Source: Trichoplax adhaerens (Eukaryota > Animalia > Placozoa). Taken from it: DNA of 64,000 nucleotides. The translations under genes and the position numbers were made by a program. The notes under the pieces are model-generated. The model had not been told where the DNA came from. It searched no databases and saw only the letters and a list, made by a program, of their open reading frames with translations. The DNA lies in contig NW_002060945.1 of NCBI RefSeq assembly GCF_000150275.1, positions 6,625,607 through 6,689,606 of the forward strand, written 5' to 3'. Position 1 is the stretch's first letter, and every line of letters begins with the position of its first letter. Shown here piece by piece: positions 13,548 through 29,056 of the stretch.

Positions 13548-15628
13548 ATGGGTAAAATCTGGACCTTTACGGGGTTATGCTTGCTGATTACTCTTGCATC
13601 GTTACCTTGCACACAATCCTTGAAAGTTGGTGTCTTACCCATGATTGGAGGAAGCCATACATTGTCTATGGACTTAATTACCCAACAAATAATCAAAAGA
13701 GGCCATGAAGTAAGCACGTTCAAAAATTTCTATACCTTAGATTCTAACTAAGAACTAGCTAACATTAAGAGAGCCTACACATTTTCTACATTAATTTTCT
13801 AAAATTATACTAATAAAAGATCGTTCACGTTATTTTACCAGCACGAATAAGTCTCAATCTTACTAAAAGAGTGCACCTTTTAAACATTAATTCTTTTATT
13901 CCTAGGCAGTTACAATTATATCGAACGAGCCTGATCGACTGAAAAAGCTGAAGCCTTCTCCTCTAGCTCTATTTGAAATCGATCGACCCGCAACCTCGGA
14001 AGATTTCCAGTCACTATTGATCTCGAGTGATCCATTATATCCTGTTTATGGATTATATGATATACAGACACGCTATTGCGATGCTATCTTATCGAATAAA
14101 ACTTTACTACAATCGATTCAAGATGTAGATATTGTAGTCAGTGATGGTATCTACTTCTGCAGTATACTATTGCCTGAAGTATTGAACAAACCAAATATAC
14201 AAATATCATTTTCCGGAGGAATCATAGGCTTCCATACCTTCGTAGGCCAGTATGAACCCAGTTCTTATATACCGCTACGAATCACACTATCTGCTTCTGG
14301 AAATGTAGAGAAAAAGATGGCATTTGCACAACGAGCTGCTAATTTCATCTTTGGTAAAATTTTTTTTGCCTTGATGGAATATTTTTCAGTGAGCGTAGTC
14401 AATAAATTAAGATTCAAGCACAATATCAGTACACATTTGACACTGCATCAATTACGTCAAAAACCTTCATTATTTCTAACCGCAGTCGATTTCTCAATCG
14501 AATATACGAGACCATTACCACCTTATATTCAAGCCATAGGACCTATTACTCCAAAGCCTGCATCGCCACTACCTCCAGCTTTCCAAACTATTATGCAGAA
14601 TTCGACTAGTCGAGGCGTAGTTCTTGTATCTTTTGGTAGCGAACTTCAACTGTCTGATGATAATTTACCGAAAATGACGGCAGCATTAGGCAAGTTACCC
14701 TATACAGTTATTTGGAAAACTAGACAAAAAATCGATAATATACCTAGTAATGTTAACGTAGTACAATGGGTACCTCAAAATGATATCCTTGGCCATCGTA
14801 AAACTATTGCATTTATAACACATTGTGGAAGTAACGGTTTATACGAAGGTGCATATCACGGAGTACCTATGATAGGGATGCCAGGAATGATAGAACAAAT
14901 AGGCAATGCTGAAAGACTATTACGTGCAGGAGTTGCAATCTATGTGGACTTTAACAACTTTAGCGAAGCAGATATTATTAACGCCGTGACGGAATTGGTC
15001 GAAAATAAGAGGTACTTAATTTAGCTTTTTAAGTTCAGAATTTTATCTTGTATGCTTTCTTAATAATCACACTTAAATTTGAATCTTTATCAAGACATAA
15101 TGAATAATTATCTATATTTCTTCTACAAATACTGATCTTAAACTAGCTTGCTATAGAAGGGAACTATAAATTTTAAATAATACGCATTCTCTACTGTTCA
15201 ATTAGATTATAATGTGAAATATAAATTAATCTTAAACCGATACTGCTATATTCTAAGCATTATCATCTTAGTTATACATAATTAATTATAGTACGAAGAT
15301 ACGTAAAAAATAGTAAGGATATCAGAGTAACAAGAAATCGACTTTAAATATTTGTTTTAGATATAAGGACAACGCAGTTAAGATTTCCAAAGTTATAAAA
15401 AGTAGACGAAGATCGCCTACGGACACTGTTGTTGATTGGATTGAATATGTTGTGGAAACAGACGGAGCTCATCATTTAAAAGTAGAGGGAGAAAATTTAT
15501 GGTTTTATGAATTCTACAATTTAGATGTTTTACTAGTAGTTACAGCTATAATCTATATTATTTATTGCGTGCTAGCATTTTTTATAAAAGCAATTTGTAG
15601 TTCAAAATCTAAAGCCAAAGTAGATTGA
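13548..15628 (+). CDS. UDP-glycosyltransferase, copy 5
   Basis: Exons 13548-13709, 13906-15011, 15361-15628. GGSH, WVPQNDILGH..THCG, TM helix, C-terminal KAKVD. Head-to-head with copy 4. Confidence 0.93.
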
Positions 15629-18503
15629 AAGTAGATTGAGTATGAAATTTAGTAGCTTTTTTCTATACCTGTTACCTCGAATACAGTAGATGCTATACGA
15701 GAATTCCTTAGTATAAATAAGTAGATATACATTTTTATAGTTAGTTTGCAATCACTTCTGTAGGTACGATGATTTACTACTTTGTCCATAAAATAATTTT
15801 TCTTTTGATAAGATAAGTAGTAATTGTCGGTTCAATAGCTAAGACCACGTGAATTTTCCATATTTTAGCCGTACATAGCTGATTTTACAAACAAATTTAT
15901 TATATGCGTTAGTATAGTTTAAGAAAACAAATAAAACTAAACTAGTTTTCTACTTTAAGTAAAACACTATCTAAAAGTTAATAAGGCTCTCATGAGCGAA
16001 CCTCTAAGAGCTTCGAGTCTGGATTTTGCTACGGCAATTGCATAACGAAATTCTGTAAATAAAGCGTTAAGATAATTTATTTTAAAATTTTACTACAATT
16101 ACCAAAATTCAATTTTACTAGCGGTGCATACCAGTGTAGAATCTAAAGTAATATGTTACTTTCTCACCTTGTAATTATAGCTCGCTACCGAGTAATATTA
16201 TTAAAATAGCTCCTCCTGTAGATTTCTAAATAAAATCTTCAAAATACGACCTTATGTGGTAATAATGATGGAGACTGAATAGATGATATTCCAATAAAAC
16301 GTACATATACAGGAATACTGTTGTGTTTATATCGTAAATCATTTACAGCATTGTCGCATGACTATGTACAGAATATCCCTAGAAAAATTGGCTTCGCACT
16401 GTATTGCCTAATCGCTGTAGAAATGAAAGTTTGGAGAATAGAAAGCTGGATGACTGGGTATATACAGTAAGGTGCAGGTCGATATCATTCAGAAAAGGTA
16501 TTAAGGCTTAAAATATCGTCATTGAAGGCGATAATTATGAATGACTTTGTAATACTTCCGGTATTAAGATACTCCACACAGAGACGTCATTACTGGCAAC
16601 AAGATCAGCGACTTAAAGCGTAGTAAATTCTTGTTAGAAAGTGTAATATCAGAATAGTGAATCTAAACATTCACATGATGAAATCGAATTTTTAAAGGAC
16701 TTCTTTTTGCAAGCATAATTTGAGTATCCTCCTCAGTAATTGGATTATTCATATCATGTTATACTCATGGAGATGGCTTTAACCTTTTCATACGATGTAG
16801 TCTATAGAATAAAAGTGCCATAGTCTGCAAAGACACAATTAGACAACTTTAGATATGGTGATAATAGTGAATATAAGCCATGGTGTTTTATACATTGTAC
16901 ATAGGATCTAAATATATAGTTTGAGTATATTTACAATGCATAGGTATGTTTACCGATGTAGCACTCAATTGAAAATTTTTTAATTTCTAGATATTCAATA
17001 AATAAAACTATTGACTATATATGTTATCATTTAGTTATATTTGAATTTCGATCTTGGCTTATAAATTTTAATCATAAAGTGCTATAATAATCTATTAAAA
17101 ATATATTCCATCAATACTATAAATGCAAACACATGCCATTTGTCAATTAAAATATCGCTTAAAGGTTGAAAAAAATTTCTCTCGTGATATACTGTACCTT
17201 TATATGGCCTCCAGGACAAAACACACCGAACTCTATATTCAATACTGAAGAGTGTTCTAGTTAGTTTCTCTCCCTCTCTTTTAGTAATCCCTAGTCTAGT
17301 AGTCCATTGCTGAGGTAAACAAGATGGTGTACTGTAGACAGATTTATTTATATTTTTTCCATTATTTGCCTATAGAGACCCCATGAACACTACAGAATAA
17401 TTACATAATTACATATGGCATAACTCTGTACATTACTGTATATTATAAATTATGGTATTTGATCCATTAAAGGCCTTATTATTGAATAGTACGTGTTTAT
17501 ATAAGATAACTAATAGTTCAAAATTTCAGCCCTATTATTATGACATATTAAATTGCTCAACCATAAAGAATAGTACTGTATCAATCTCTTTGGTAGTTTA
17601 GGGCTGCAATAGTTCAATTATTAAAATCTCTGCAAATATAGTGATTAATTATAATATGAAAAGTTACTTGGCCTATCGAAATTAAGTCTTCTGCCTGGAT
17701 AGTATTTGGCAGTACTACTCGTTTCTATTAATAACAATTATACGTGTACATATACCGTTCATCGCTTCGAGGGAAGCTTCTAATAGAAATTATTTCCATA
17801 TAGAACTTTTAATTCTGTTAGATACTATTGCGAGTGACTAGTTAAATATGTTGCTGTTTATTGTCGTCAAATACGATGTTTATATAAAATTATCGCTATA
17901 GCTAGCTAGCTGTTATATGCATTCAATAGTTAGCATAATTTAAAATTACCCCTCTGTAGTCCTTACTCTGACAGGGTAAATTATTTTACTTGTACGTATA
18001 TATGTTATACGTTCAATTTGTTTATTACGAAGAAATTAGCCATTTACGTGTCTACTATGTTACCTCAGGAAATATATCATAATCTTATCTTACGTAATAT
18101 ATAGGTTACATTAGTTAAAGCCAAAACATAGTTACTCTAGCAATAAAAGTATAAGAACACACTTAATCGATAATTAATAAATCGCATCATAATTTTTGTA
18201 GAATTATTCTTTCTGGAATCTGTGTTTTATACACAAATTAAAAGGTTACTCTACAGTAATGATTTCGTAGCTCGATTATATATCGCAGATGCCTCTGCAT
18301 TTATATTCGTATATCTCATCACATGAACACTATGGAAACCGCAAAAAATCGAACCTTGTGCAGGACTACCTACAGAGTTAATGGACATAAAAAAAGTGTC
18401 GCAAAGATACTAAACTAGCGTCCAATAATAATTTATCACGTAATTTAAATTATGCATAACAGATATGAGCGGCTATCGTAGCCATTTCTTAGTTTAATAT
18501 TTA

Positions 18504-20617
18504 CTAATCAGATTTTGCTTTCGTTGTCGAACAACAAATTCTATTCGTAACATAGTTTAACAACCGATAAGAAATATACAACATCAATATTATAAATGCA
18601 AAGACATCCAAGTTATAAAGTTCGTAAAACGATAGCATTTCGCCTTGTACTTTCAAATGATGAGCACCGTCTGTATCGACTGCGTATTCTACCCAATCTA
18701 CAACTGTATCTCTTGCCGATTTACTGCTTTTAAGAATTTTTGAAATTTTCTGTACGTTTTCTTTGTATCTATTAGAGTAAAAGTTGAATTAAGTGCTACA
18801 TTGTAGAAATATACTGTATTTAACATCATTACAATAGATAAAAATACGTGATATAAATCCAAGTCTATCAAGTATTTACTTTACTACCTCAAATCATAAC
18901 TTGAAATGTTTTACTCGCTTTTTTAAATTATAAATTAGCTTAATTAGTTAAAGATAACTTACTTAAACTGATAGAATGTAATGTACATAATATTTGCAAT
19001 ACCCCCATCATAGATTAAAGCAGTATATACTGAATTATTACACATGTGCCTCTTTTTTATTATAATGTATTCGATCGTTAGAGATACGTAATATTGTAAA
19101 TGATAATGTATTTCTAATACATCTATTTTATAATAACGACGAAAGGTATATATGAAGATATAAATAGAAGGTATCTATTTATAATCTATATTATCAATGA
19201 TTACCTTGGACTTGCTGCTAATGCATTTATGGCGTTAATAATATCTTCAGACGTGAAGCTGTAGAAATCAACCTCTAACCCTATTCCAGCATGTTTCATT
19301 CTTTGAGCATTAAGCTGTTGCTCGATCATAGATGGCATAGCTATCATTGGAACGCCATGATACGCTGCTTCGTATAAACTATTCGAGCCACAATGTGTTA
19401 TTAGAGCGACTATTCTCTTGTGACCAAGAATATCATTCTGAGGAGTCCATCCGAAAGTTTTAACGTTCTCAGGTAAATTATCCACAGTCTGTTTCGTCTT
19501 CCATATAACATTATAGGGTAATTGACTTAAAGCTTTAATCATCTCCGACACTTTATAATCTTCTAACTGTAACTCGCTACCGAATGACATTAAAATAGCT
19601 CCTTGCTTCGAGTTTTGTATAAAGTTTTCGAATATTTGAGGTAGCGGTGATGGAGATTGAGGAGATAAAGGTCCCACTAGATGGACATATGGAGGTATAG
19701 GTCGAGGGTATTCGATTGAAAAATCCAGTGCCGATAAATGCAAGGACAATTTTCTTTGTAATTGAGCAAGGCTTAAGTGTGTACTAATATTATGTTTGGA
19801 TCTTAATTGTTCGGCAACTTTTTCGCAATCCCATTGAAAAATTCGCTCCATTACTAATTTACCAATAACGCTGATTAATCGTTCGAAAAATGATAACTTA
19901 CGCGATGTTAGAGACGGATGGGTGGGTACATACGATGCAGGTCGATAGCGGCCATAAAAGGTATGTACACCAAGGATACCACCGTTGAAATAAATGTTAA
20001 TGAAAGGTTTTTGCAAAACTTCAGGTAGTAAAATACTGCAGACGTAAACTCCATCGCTGACGACAATGTCGATATCTTTAAGCGATTGTAGTAGCGTTTT
20101 GTTGGAGAGTGTAGCATCGCAATATCGCTTCTGTGCAGCCATAAAAAGCCGCCAAGTTTTGAAAGGATCTTTCTTAGTAAACATATTCTGTGTATCACTT
20201 TCTCTAATTGGTTCATCGATTTGATATAACGCCAAACGAGAAGGCTTTAGCTTTTTTATGTGATGCGGTTCATTGGACATTATCGTCACGGTCTATGCAA
20301 ATATCGAAAATTATTCCCATTACATAGTGTAAGGATATTATGATTATATGGACAACGTATTAAAATAGAAGATGATTTGATACAGTATTACTAGTATTCG
20401 CTAATTCAACATAAATCACAGTAAATAAAAAAAACCTCTTTATACAAATTACCTCATGGCCTCTCTTTATTAATTGCTGTGTAATTACATCCATACAATA
20501 GGAATGACTGGTTCCCATCATAGGGAGGATGGCAACTTTATACGATGATCCTTGTGAAATCATCATCAGCACACATAAAAGTGTGCAGTAGTAAACGCAT
20601 GTTCTTGCATAAGTCAT
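18504..20617 (-). CDS. UDP-glycosyltransferase, copy 6
   Basis: Exons (minus) 20617-20453, 20292-19205, 18768-18504. GTSH, WTPQNDILGH..THCG, TM helix, C-terminal KAKSD. Confidence 0.93.
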
Positions 20618-22184
20618 TTTCTCATCAATAGAAGAGCCTTAACGATTAGTAAATAAAGACAAGATTATAAAGATTGTATCGATGCAATACAAACAAGAGA
20701 TAGTTACTATTTTTATCTAGAAATTAAAATTACTATTACTGATGGACTGTAATCACATTACTTTTTAAACGTTTCGTTTCCTACACTCTAGAGTAGCTGA
20801 GTAATACTCATTCAGCTTCTAATCCTCTCCTCTTATCCTAGCGAATTAATCTTACTAACTGCTTTTTAAAATAATATAAATCATAAATTAGTTTATTTCT
20901 TTGCCGATAATTTGATTTATTGCACTCTTGTCGCTGTTCTTTATCTCAGATGCAACGAAGATGGTATACTCTACCAACATGGAATGACTTAGATGTGCTT
21001 GATGAAATTAGCTAATTTAAAATCTACCTTTCGAAACTCTCAACTTCTGTTGTAAACAGGTAAAAATTATTCAAAATGCTGCTAAATTTATCTACTTGAT
21101 TAGAGCGACATTAGTTTCCTTTAATTTATGATAAGTTTGTAAACATTGATATATACGAAAATAAAAGAGGGTAAATACTGCGTTAAATCCTTACGACTGG
21201 TGAAATAATTCAGACTAAAAAAGGACTATCCAATTTATCCAATAGAATGAACTCTACTTTATTTTGCTTTAGTAAATTATAAGTAGCCGGTTGGATAGGA
21301 CATTAATAATAAACTACTATTTCAGCATGACTTATATACTGGTTGAACCGACCGTATACCTACCAGTGACTGATAGTTTGTAAAAATTGCGAAGAAATAA
21401 AACAACTCAATAATGTAGTAAAAATAAAATAAAAAACGACAAGTACTCAAGGTTGCAATGATCTGTATTCGTAAAACTTTAGCCAAATTCAAAGTAAATG
21501 CCTTCAAAACTTAAAGACCTAATTAGTGACTACATTATAGCTAAACAGTTTTCCACCGGTATACTCGTACAGGGCTCCCTACGCCCATGAAATAGTGGTC
21601 CAATTTTACTGAGACGTGTAAAATATCTCTCAATCAGGTGATGCGAGTAAAATTACTAGCAATGCCATTCAATTTTACCGTACTTGAGCTTAGTGAAATC
21701 AATTTCTACCGCTTATTTTTACCTTGGTAAGTATTGCTTGGAGGCAATCGCTTGGTTAGGTCGCCAGTGGTTAATAAAACTAGGCAAAAGCTCTTCTAAA
21801 CTATTTAATTAACAGAAACTATTAAGTTGCTACGCAGGCCAGCTAAAATGAAAGATTCAAGATGTACAGACGTACAGACAACAGCTCGGTCTAACCTAGC
21901 CCAAAACTCGTCATTATCAACCTAATTTATATGCTGCATCAAGAGGTAGAGATTATTCTTTCTAGTATATAAATATAATCCATGATAGAAATATCTATGT
22001 TGCATTATCTTCTGCAATGGTATTTGTGATGGAGAGTTGAATGATTCAGCTGAAGTAGATTTCATTGCTACTTAGAGATTTACACAAATACATTGAGTAA
22101 GAAAATCGATTCTTTATTGTAAACTTTATGTGTGAGGGAGTTACAGTAAAGTAGCGCATAAGCTGTTGTAAAGTAACCTGAGAA

Positions 22185-22370
22185 TTATCATAAACATTGC
22201 AATTATTGCAAATAACTAAATCTAAGGCAAAAATTGCAATACGTCAAAATGATTAACATCGTAACTAATGCAACGAACTAAATCTGAAGCAGAAATTGTT
22301 ATACGTATCGTTAAAATAATTAGCATTATAACTATTACAACCAACTCAATCTGAGATACAAATTGTTATT
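22185..22370. repeat. Degenerate tandem repeat, about 3 copies of 63-67 bp
   Basis: AACT(A/C)AATCT core recurs at about 22213, 22276 and 22343 with similar flanks (..AAATTG..AT). Confidence 0.6.
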
Positions 22371-23870
22371 ATTTATAGCTTTATAGATAAAATACATACA
22401 CAGAACAAAATTGTAAAATTAGATACAACATATTCTATAATATATGTAATAGCAAATGATCATAGAAAATAGCTAAGACTGTAAAGGCTATAATAAATAA
22501 CCAGCACAATGAAATCTTATGCCCTATAGTATTTTCTTAATTTTCATGTTAGTTCTTTATAGTATAATCTAAGATTCGTGATAGAACGATTCTCTATAGT
22601 ATCATCTCGTGTGATAATTATTTTCTTGATTCTTGGGCTATTTCTATTGCTCATAGACAGTGATTGTATGAAGTAACGGCGCGAAATCGTAAACGCTTAA
22701 ATAGACACAGATTATTGTTTATCGTGTAAACTTCACAACAGAATAATTCTTAATTATGCTATCTTCTGTATAAATATAAAATTTTTTTATTAATGTAGTG
22801 CTATATCACGCAGATAGTAGATAAAACTTTAAAATTATAGATTTTTATTAAATTCTCAAGTTTACCAATGTAGATGCTATATTAAGTAGATAGAGAATAA
22901 AATTTTGCAATTATCAATATTTTTATTAAATACTAAAGTCTGTTATTAAAATCATGTACTAAGTGTTATTTTGACGCCCAATATTAAATTGTAGAGTTGC
23001 AACATACAATAGAATTCCCATGTTTGATTTATTGAATTATACAGATTAAGTAAGGCATAGGTACCAGTGGATATGAAAAGTTCGGCTTGTAATGAGTCTT
23101 CATGATAGAGTAATATCATGGCATCTTCTGTCATAATATCATATTTCTTTGTGTTTTCATGAGATTATAGCATAACTGTATTTTTCGTATTGGAAATCGA
23201 TTAAGATGTTGTATAAATTAGAACTACGCCAACATGTTCATAGGATCACGATTTTCCCCGTTCATAAAGCGGGTATGATGCTAGTTATATAAAAGCTTTT
23301 TTGTCTGTATATTGCGCATTACAGTACTGTACATACCTGATATGTGAGTACATAAAGGAATAATTAGTAAAAATTACAGGTAAGGTACTCGAGTAACTAG
23401 ACATCTTCAGCGTACATACGCCCGGGAACACTAGTAATTAAGTAAAAATAAATAAACGCTTCCGTTGACTGAAAATTTACACTTTATTAACTGTGAAGTT
23501 AAATTTTTATATTAACAACCTCGCTTATTGCTTCATGTATACTGAAAAATTAGCTCATGAAAGTTCATCAAGGTCAATATCGGAAATAATTACATATAAA
23601 TATCATACTACAGCGAAAATAACTTCATCTACCAAATCCTACCTGTATCGAGGACTTCTGAAAATTACAAATTAGTTCTTGTACGTATTAAATATATATC
23701 GCTAAATGCGAAAAGTTTACTATAATATTTAGTAATGGCCATGTTTACACAAAGTCTGTACATATGGGGTAAAATACTACAAATTACTAATCTAGGAATA
23801 GATCAGCTCGAATTTATAAATTAGATAGTCAATTTATATTCAATACGAGTAAATTTTAAGCTTTACTTTA

Positions 23871-26133
23871 TTAATCACACTTTGTTTTCGCGTTTAATCT
23901 GCGCATTCTAGTTATAATATACTTTAATAATCGATAAATTACATACAGTATTAACATTATAAAAGCAAAGACGTCTAGGTTATAAAGCTCATAAAACCAT
24001 AACGTTTCACCCTGTACTTTCAAATGATGAGCACCACCTGTATCTACTACATATTCTATCCAATCCACAATTTTGTCTTTGGATGATATCTTTTTGTCTT
24101 TAAGAGTTTTAGAAATTCTTTGGGCATTCTCTTTGTATCTATAAAAGCGCAAGAAGGAAAGAAGTAGAAAGCGCATTAAGTGAAACATTGAAATTGATCT
24201 TTCATACAATTAACTCCTTGTTATCATACGAATGGATATAGTGCACTGTGGTTTACCTTGCTAATATATCTTCTACTATATTAATTATTACAGCCATTGA
24301 AAATTGAGTAGTGCTGTGCAAGAGGATATAATAGCAATACCACTATGAATATTATGTAAAATTGTATCAGCTAAAATTTAACTTGGAGGGTAATCCATCA
24401 ACAGTATCACCGTGAAAAGAAAGACGAATGTTAGAAAGCATATTCTACATCAATCTACTCACAGTTTTAAGTCTTACCTCGAATCCGATAGTAGCATCTT
24501 TACGCCATCGACGATATCGTTAGAGCTGAATTTGAAGAAATTGACTTTTATTTCAATTCCAGCTTTTACTATCCTGATGACATTAAGGCGTTGCTCCATC
24601 GTTCCTGCCATCCCTAACATTGGAACACCATGATATGCTCCTTCATAGATACCGTTGGAACCACAATGAGTTATAAATAGGTCTAATTTCTTATGACCAA
24701 GAATATCGTTCTGAGGAACCCAACTGAAGGTTTTAACGTTCTTAAGTAGATTGTGGATATTCTATTTTGTTTTCCATATAACATTAAATGGTAATTGACT
24801 TAAAGCTTCCACTATCACCGGTAGTTTTTCATCTTGTATTCGTTGCTCACTACCTAATGACATTAAAATTGTACTATGTTCTGAGCTTTGTATAAAATCT
24901 TCGTATATTTGAGGCAAAGGTGATGGGTTTTGAGGATATAATGGTCCAACTAAGTGAAATATATGGAGGTCAAGGCCGTGGAAATTCAATAAAAAAATCT
25001 AGCGTCGATAGAAATAGAGATACTTTTCGGCGTATTTGATTCAGGCTTAGATGCGTGCTGATATTATGCTTATACCTTAAATCATTTGCAATATTCATAG
25101 ATTCATAAGATAGGAAATTATCTAATATTAGCGAAAGAAATACATTACCTAATCGTTGTAAAGATGGTGATCCGGATAAATACGTAATTGGATGGCCATG
25201 TATATTCGATGCAGGTTGATACTGGCAACGTCCATGAAATGTGTGAATACCGATAATATCAGCCTTGAAACTGATAATGATATAAGGCTTTTGCAATACT
25301 TCTGGCAATGGAATGCCACAGACGTAAACGTTATCAGTAATGATAATATCAACATCATGCAATGATTTTATTAAAGTTTTATTGGAAAGTGTGGCATCGC
25401 AGTATCGTTTCTGGGCGTTAAAGAAGCTTAGCAGTGCGCTTAAGGGATTACTAGATTTGATGATTTCTTGAATTTCACCCTCAGTGAATGGTTTATCTAT
25501 TTCATACAGCGCCAACGGTGATGGCTTGATTTTTTTCAGAATCTCTGGTTCGTTGGACATTATCGTGACGATCTATTCCCTCGATTAAAACAACAATATT
25601 AAAATAAGCTCAGGTAACCACAGTAGTTAATAAATAATGACAATATTGTTAAGTAGGTACGTGTATTCCTCTAGATATGCACCTATATGATATAAACTAG
25701 ATGTGCCTGTGTATTGTCTACTAGAGCCGATTCCTATTTCTCCGTTAACAAGATATTAGTAATTGAAGTGAAAGTCTTCGCCCCAACTTTGTAGTTTCTA
25801 GACAACCTTTTACTAGTAGGGAAATCAGATTGAACTGTAGTTCCTTTTCGGCAAATCTAATATCGTACATTGTACCATCGACCACAGTCTTTTTTAGGCT
25901 TAATTTATTTATACAATAACGCTAGAAATCAACATAATCAAGCTAATAATAAATAAATGAGTTACCTGACGAACTCTCTTAATTAGATATTGTATAATGG
26001 GATCCATACAATATGAATGACTGGTTCCCATCATGGGCAAAATAGCGACTTTATAAGACGATCCTGGTGAAATCATGACTACTATTAAGAACAAACTGGT
26101 AAAAGCACGAGAGAATCTCATATTCCATGTCAT
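23871..26133 (-). pseudogene. UDP-glycosyltransferase pseudogene, copy 7 (paralog of copy 6)
   Basis: Exons 26133-25966, 25572-24478, 24138-23871 with intact splice sites. Exon 2 has an in-frame TGA (24970-24972), a +1 frameshift a few codons later (about 24958) and a TAG (24762-24764). Confidence 0.88.
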
Positions 26134-26784
26134 CCTGCTGCCGATAATGATCAGTAATTTCTCTTGTAACCCCTATTGAGATCGCGATTACACAAAAATT
26201 CACGAAAATCTTAGATTAAGCTAACCGATTGATGACTGATAGAAATAGTTGTAAGCTGTGTATATTGTAGTAAAAGCCTTAATAGTAACCTTTGAATAGC
26301 TAATGACATTTATGGTCCTTAATAAACACCTCTAATTGTTTCATTCAAGTTCAAGTTATAGCTAAAAGAGACATAGACTACAGATATATGGACAATAGTT
26401 CCACCTATACCTCTTACCTCTCTCAGAGACCTTCTACTACTGTATGTTAATATTTCTAGGCAGTATTTACTGTAAAGGTAAAAAAGGCGTAGCCTCCTTG
26501 TAGTCTATAGTTAATAGCTGATAGTAATTCAAAAATAAATAAAAAATGAGATTCAAATTTACTGCAAGATTATACAAGAACATTGGACATTGCTTGGCGC
26601 AATCTTGCATAGTCATCTCTAATTAATAAGTATCCATGAATTGCTCATGTAATCGATCCATGATAAGGTTAATAGAGCTCACAATTCATCAACCTTATAA
26701 TAAATAAACTGGAATAAAACAAACCCACCCTGTTGATACAGGTTGGCAATGTACCAATTTATGGGCTTATAAATAGTTAAATAG

Positions 26785-27437
26785 TACGAAATACACAGCT
26801 GATATTGCGTTACTACATTATCCAGAATAATCGCGTTATTGCACACCTTTGGGAATGTCGATATTATAGTTACTGACGAGCTATGCAACTACAGTTTACT
26901 CCTGGCCTGGATTATTGAATAAACCAAGTAGTATAATAATATCCTTTCCAGTAGTGCAGTCGGTATGCCTACATAATACCACATCCATCGACGACATATA
27001 GAGTAAAATCAATTTATGATTCTTTGACTTCGTTGTAAAAAGGGAATTTAACATCAAGTACTATCAACGTAATTCAAGGAAAAATCATCAATACTGCTAT
27101 AAACTACATTTCTGCCAAGGCTATTAATTAGTTAAGATCTAATAACCACATAGAAGACTTTTACGGCTGTATTTCTCAGTCCTTAATCGATTTCTCTATC
27201 GAATATCCGAATACTGGACCAGTCAGTACCTCCGTGTACTAGCTCGTATAATATTAAACCGATCACTCCAGGATCTTCATCTCTATTACCTCAAGTATTT
27301 GAAAGTTTTGATGGTACACAAAATTCTAATAATTTAAGCATTCTTTTCATATCATTTGAAAGTGTAATTTGACTTCTTAATGAAAATTTATTAGAAAAGA
27401 TAATACCATTACGACAATTGCAACATAGAATTATTTG
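26785..27437 (+). pseudogene. Heavily decayed UGT exon-2 relic
   Basis: Collinear fragments resembling copy 8 exon 2: YC..TL, VDIIVTD, LLNKPS, IDFSIEYP, PITP..S.LPQVFE, ISF.S, LRQL...II, broken by many indels and stops. Confidence 0.75.
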
Positions 27438-29056
27438 TGTACAGATGCTGTAACTCTAAATTGACCAATTCTTATGCCTTAATCTACAATATTTTTTATA
27501 GAATATGTCATTGTAGTAATTTTACAGATAGAAGTTGATATACCTGAATATTGTATTTCTATTTAAGTTATATCCAATCTTTCTAATACATTTAATTTTA
27601 AATTCAATTTGACAAATGCGGTCATGCTTACCTGTTTAGCAGTAACAAGTATTACGTTATAATTATAGTAACCTATTATTAAGCAATATACTGAAATTGT
27701 TCTGAAAAGTAATTCGGTCTAAAAAAATTCGCAATACCTGTTGGCTTGATCGCATGTGTTTATTTATAAAAAATATTATCATTTAAGAGATAGATGAAGA
27801 TAGTCCTTGGTAGAAGAATTAATGAATGTAATAAGAAATGGTTAACAAAAAGTTGAAGTTTTGGTTTTATTACTTTCGAAGGATTTTATCACATTAATCT
27901 GTCTTAGATGAACATTGTGATTTATAGAGTTTATTCTTCCAAGTCTTTATACACAATGATGCATCATCTATTAAATATAATAGCTGCTTGTAGAAAACCA
28001 AGATTATGAAGTTGATAGAAACACAAACTCTCTCTTTCTACTTTTAAATAGTGAGCTCTATCAGTTTGTGCGACATTCTCAATCCAATCGATAGAAGTAT
28101 TCGTTGTCAATCATTCATTGGTCTTGATAATTTTAGGCATTTCAGTTTTATTTCTCCATTAAAGTAAACTTTATAATTTGGTAATCGTTATTTATGGGCT
28201 ACTATCATCCACTTTTCATAAAACAAGTTTAACTAGAAGTGTAGATAATTATAACATTACTACTTATACGCTACTGTGCTACACAGGAGTATTGTTTCAA
28301 GTAAAGTTCAACTTCGATTGCAATTTGGCCATGTAGCATATTCATTCATTCATTATTTATCTTATTAATTGTCCCGCATTATATTTATATAAATGTTAAG
28401 ATGATGCAATAAAATTAAATCAGTTGGTATCCTGGTGTGAAGACTGCATGATGGTAAATCAATATAACTATACTATCTATCAGATCTAAGTACGGTGTTT
28501 TAAGTAATAGACGTTTTGTTTACTAATTCATATCTCCTGTTGAGTTAATGTTCGAGTATGATAGTCATAATTAATCATAATGATCGATTTTCGGAGTGAA
28601 GTTCATTGGTGCAATTTTGGTGATTCATTATTTATATTCGAATGAATTGAAGTCTCTTATGTTATGGCTTAAAAACTACTGTATCCGCTGTTAGAAACAG
28701 TTGATTTACCGATCAATAACCCCTACAGAGTTGTAACAGAAAGGTCTAAGGTACGGAAAGTCATGATTCAAAGTATATTGCGACAATTGATCTGATGACT
28801 AAACTGTGCCATACAGTATGCTACAGAGTTACAAGATAAAGACCAATCTTCTTTATAGCATACGTTCACAACACTGTAATGGGAATAATGTAAACTTTAA
28901 TGTATTATAAGCATCAGGACCGTTGTAGATTGGAACCATGCTACGCTATGAAGTATAATACAGTAGCATTCGCTACAAATAGAATAGTATCCTCTAAGTT
29001 GAAGACTTGTCCCATTTTGATGCAGCCTGTAAGGCAAATAAATAGGCAGAAAAAAA

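Noticed and set aside
16200-17400. Coding-like patches between UGT copies 5 and 6
   Set aside because: I could not assemble a spliced frame or recognise any family.
24970-24972. In-frame TGA in UGT copy 7 as selenocysteine or readthrough
   Set aside because: The aligned residue in paralogs is Ile/Leu/Val, and a frameshift and a TAG follow.
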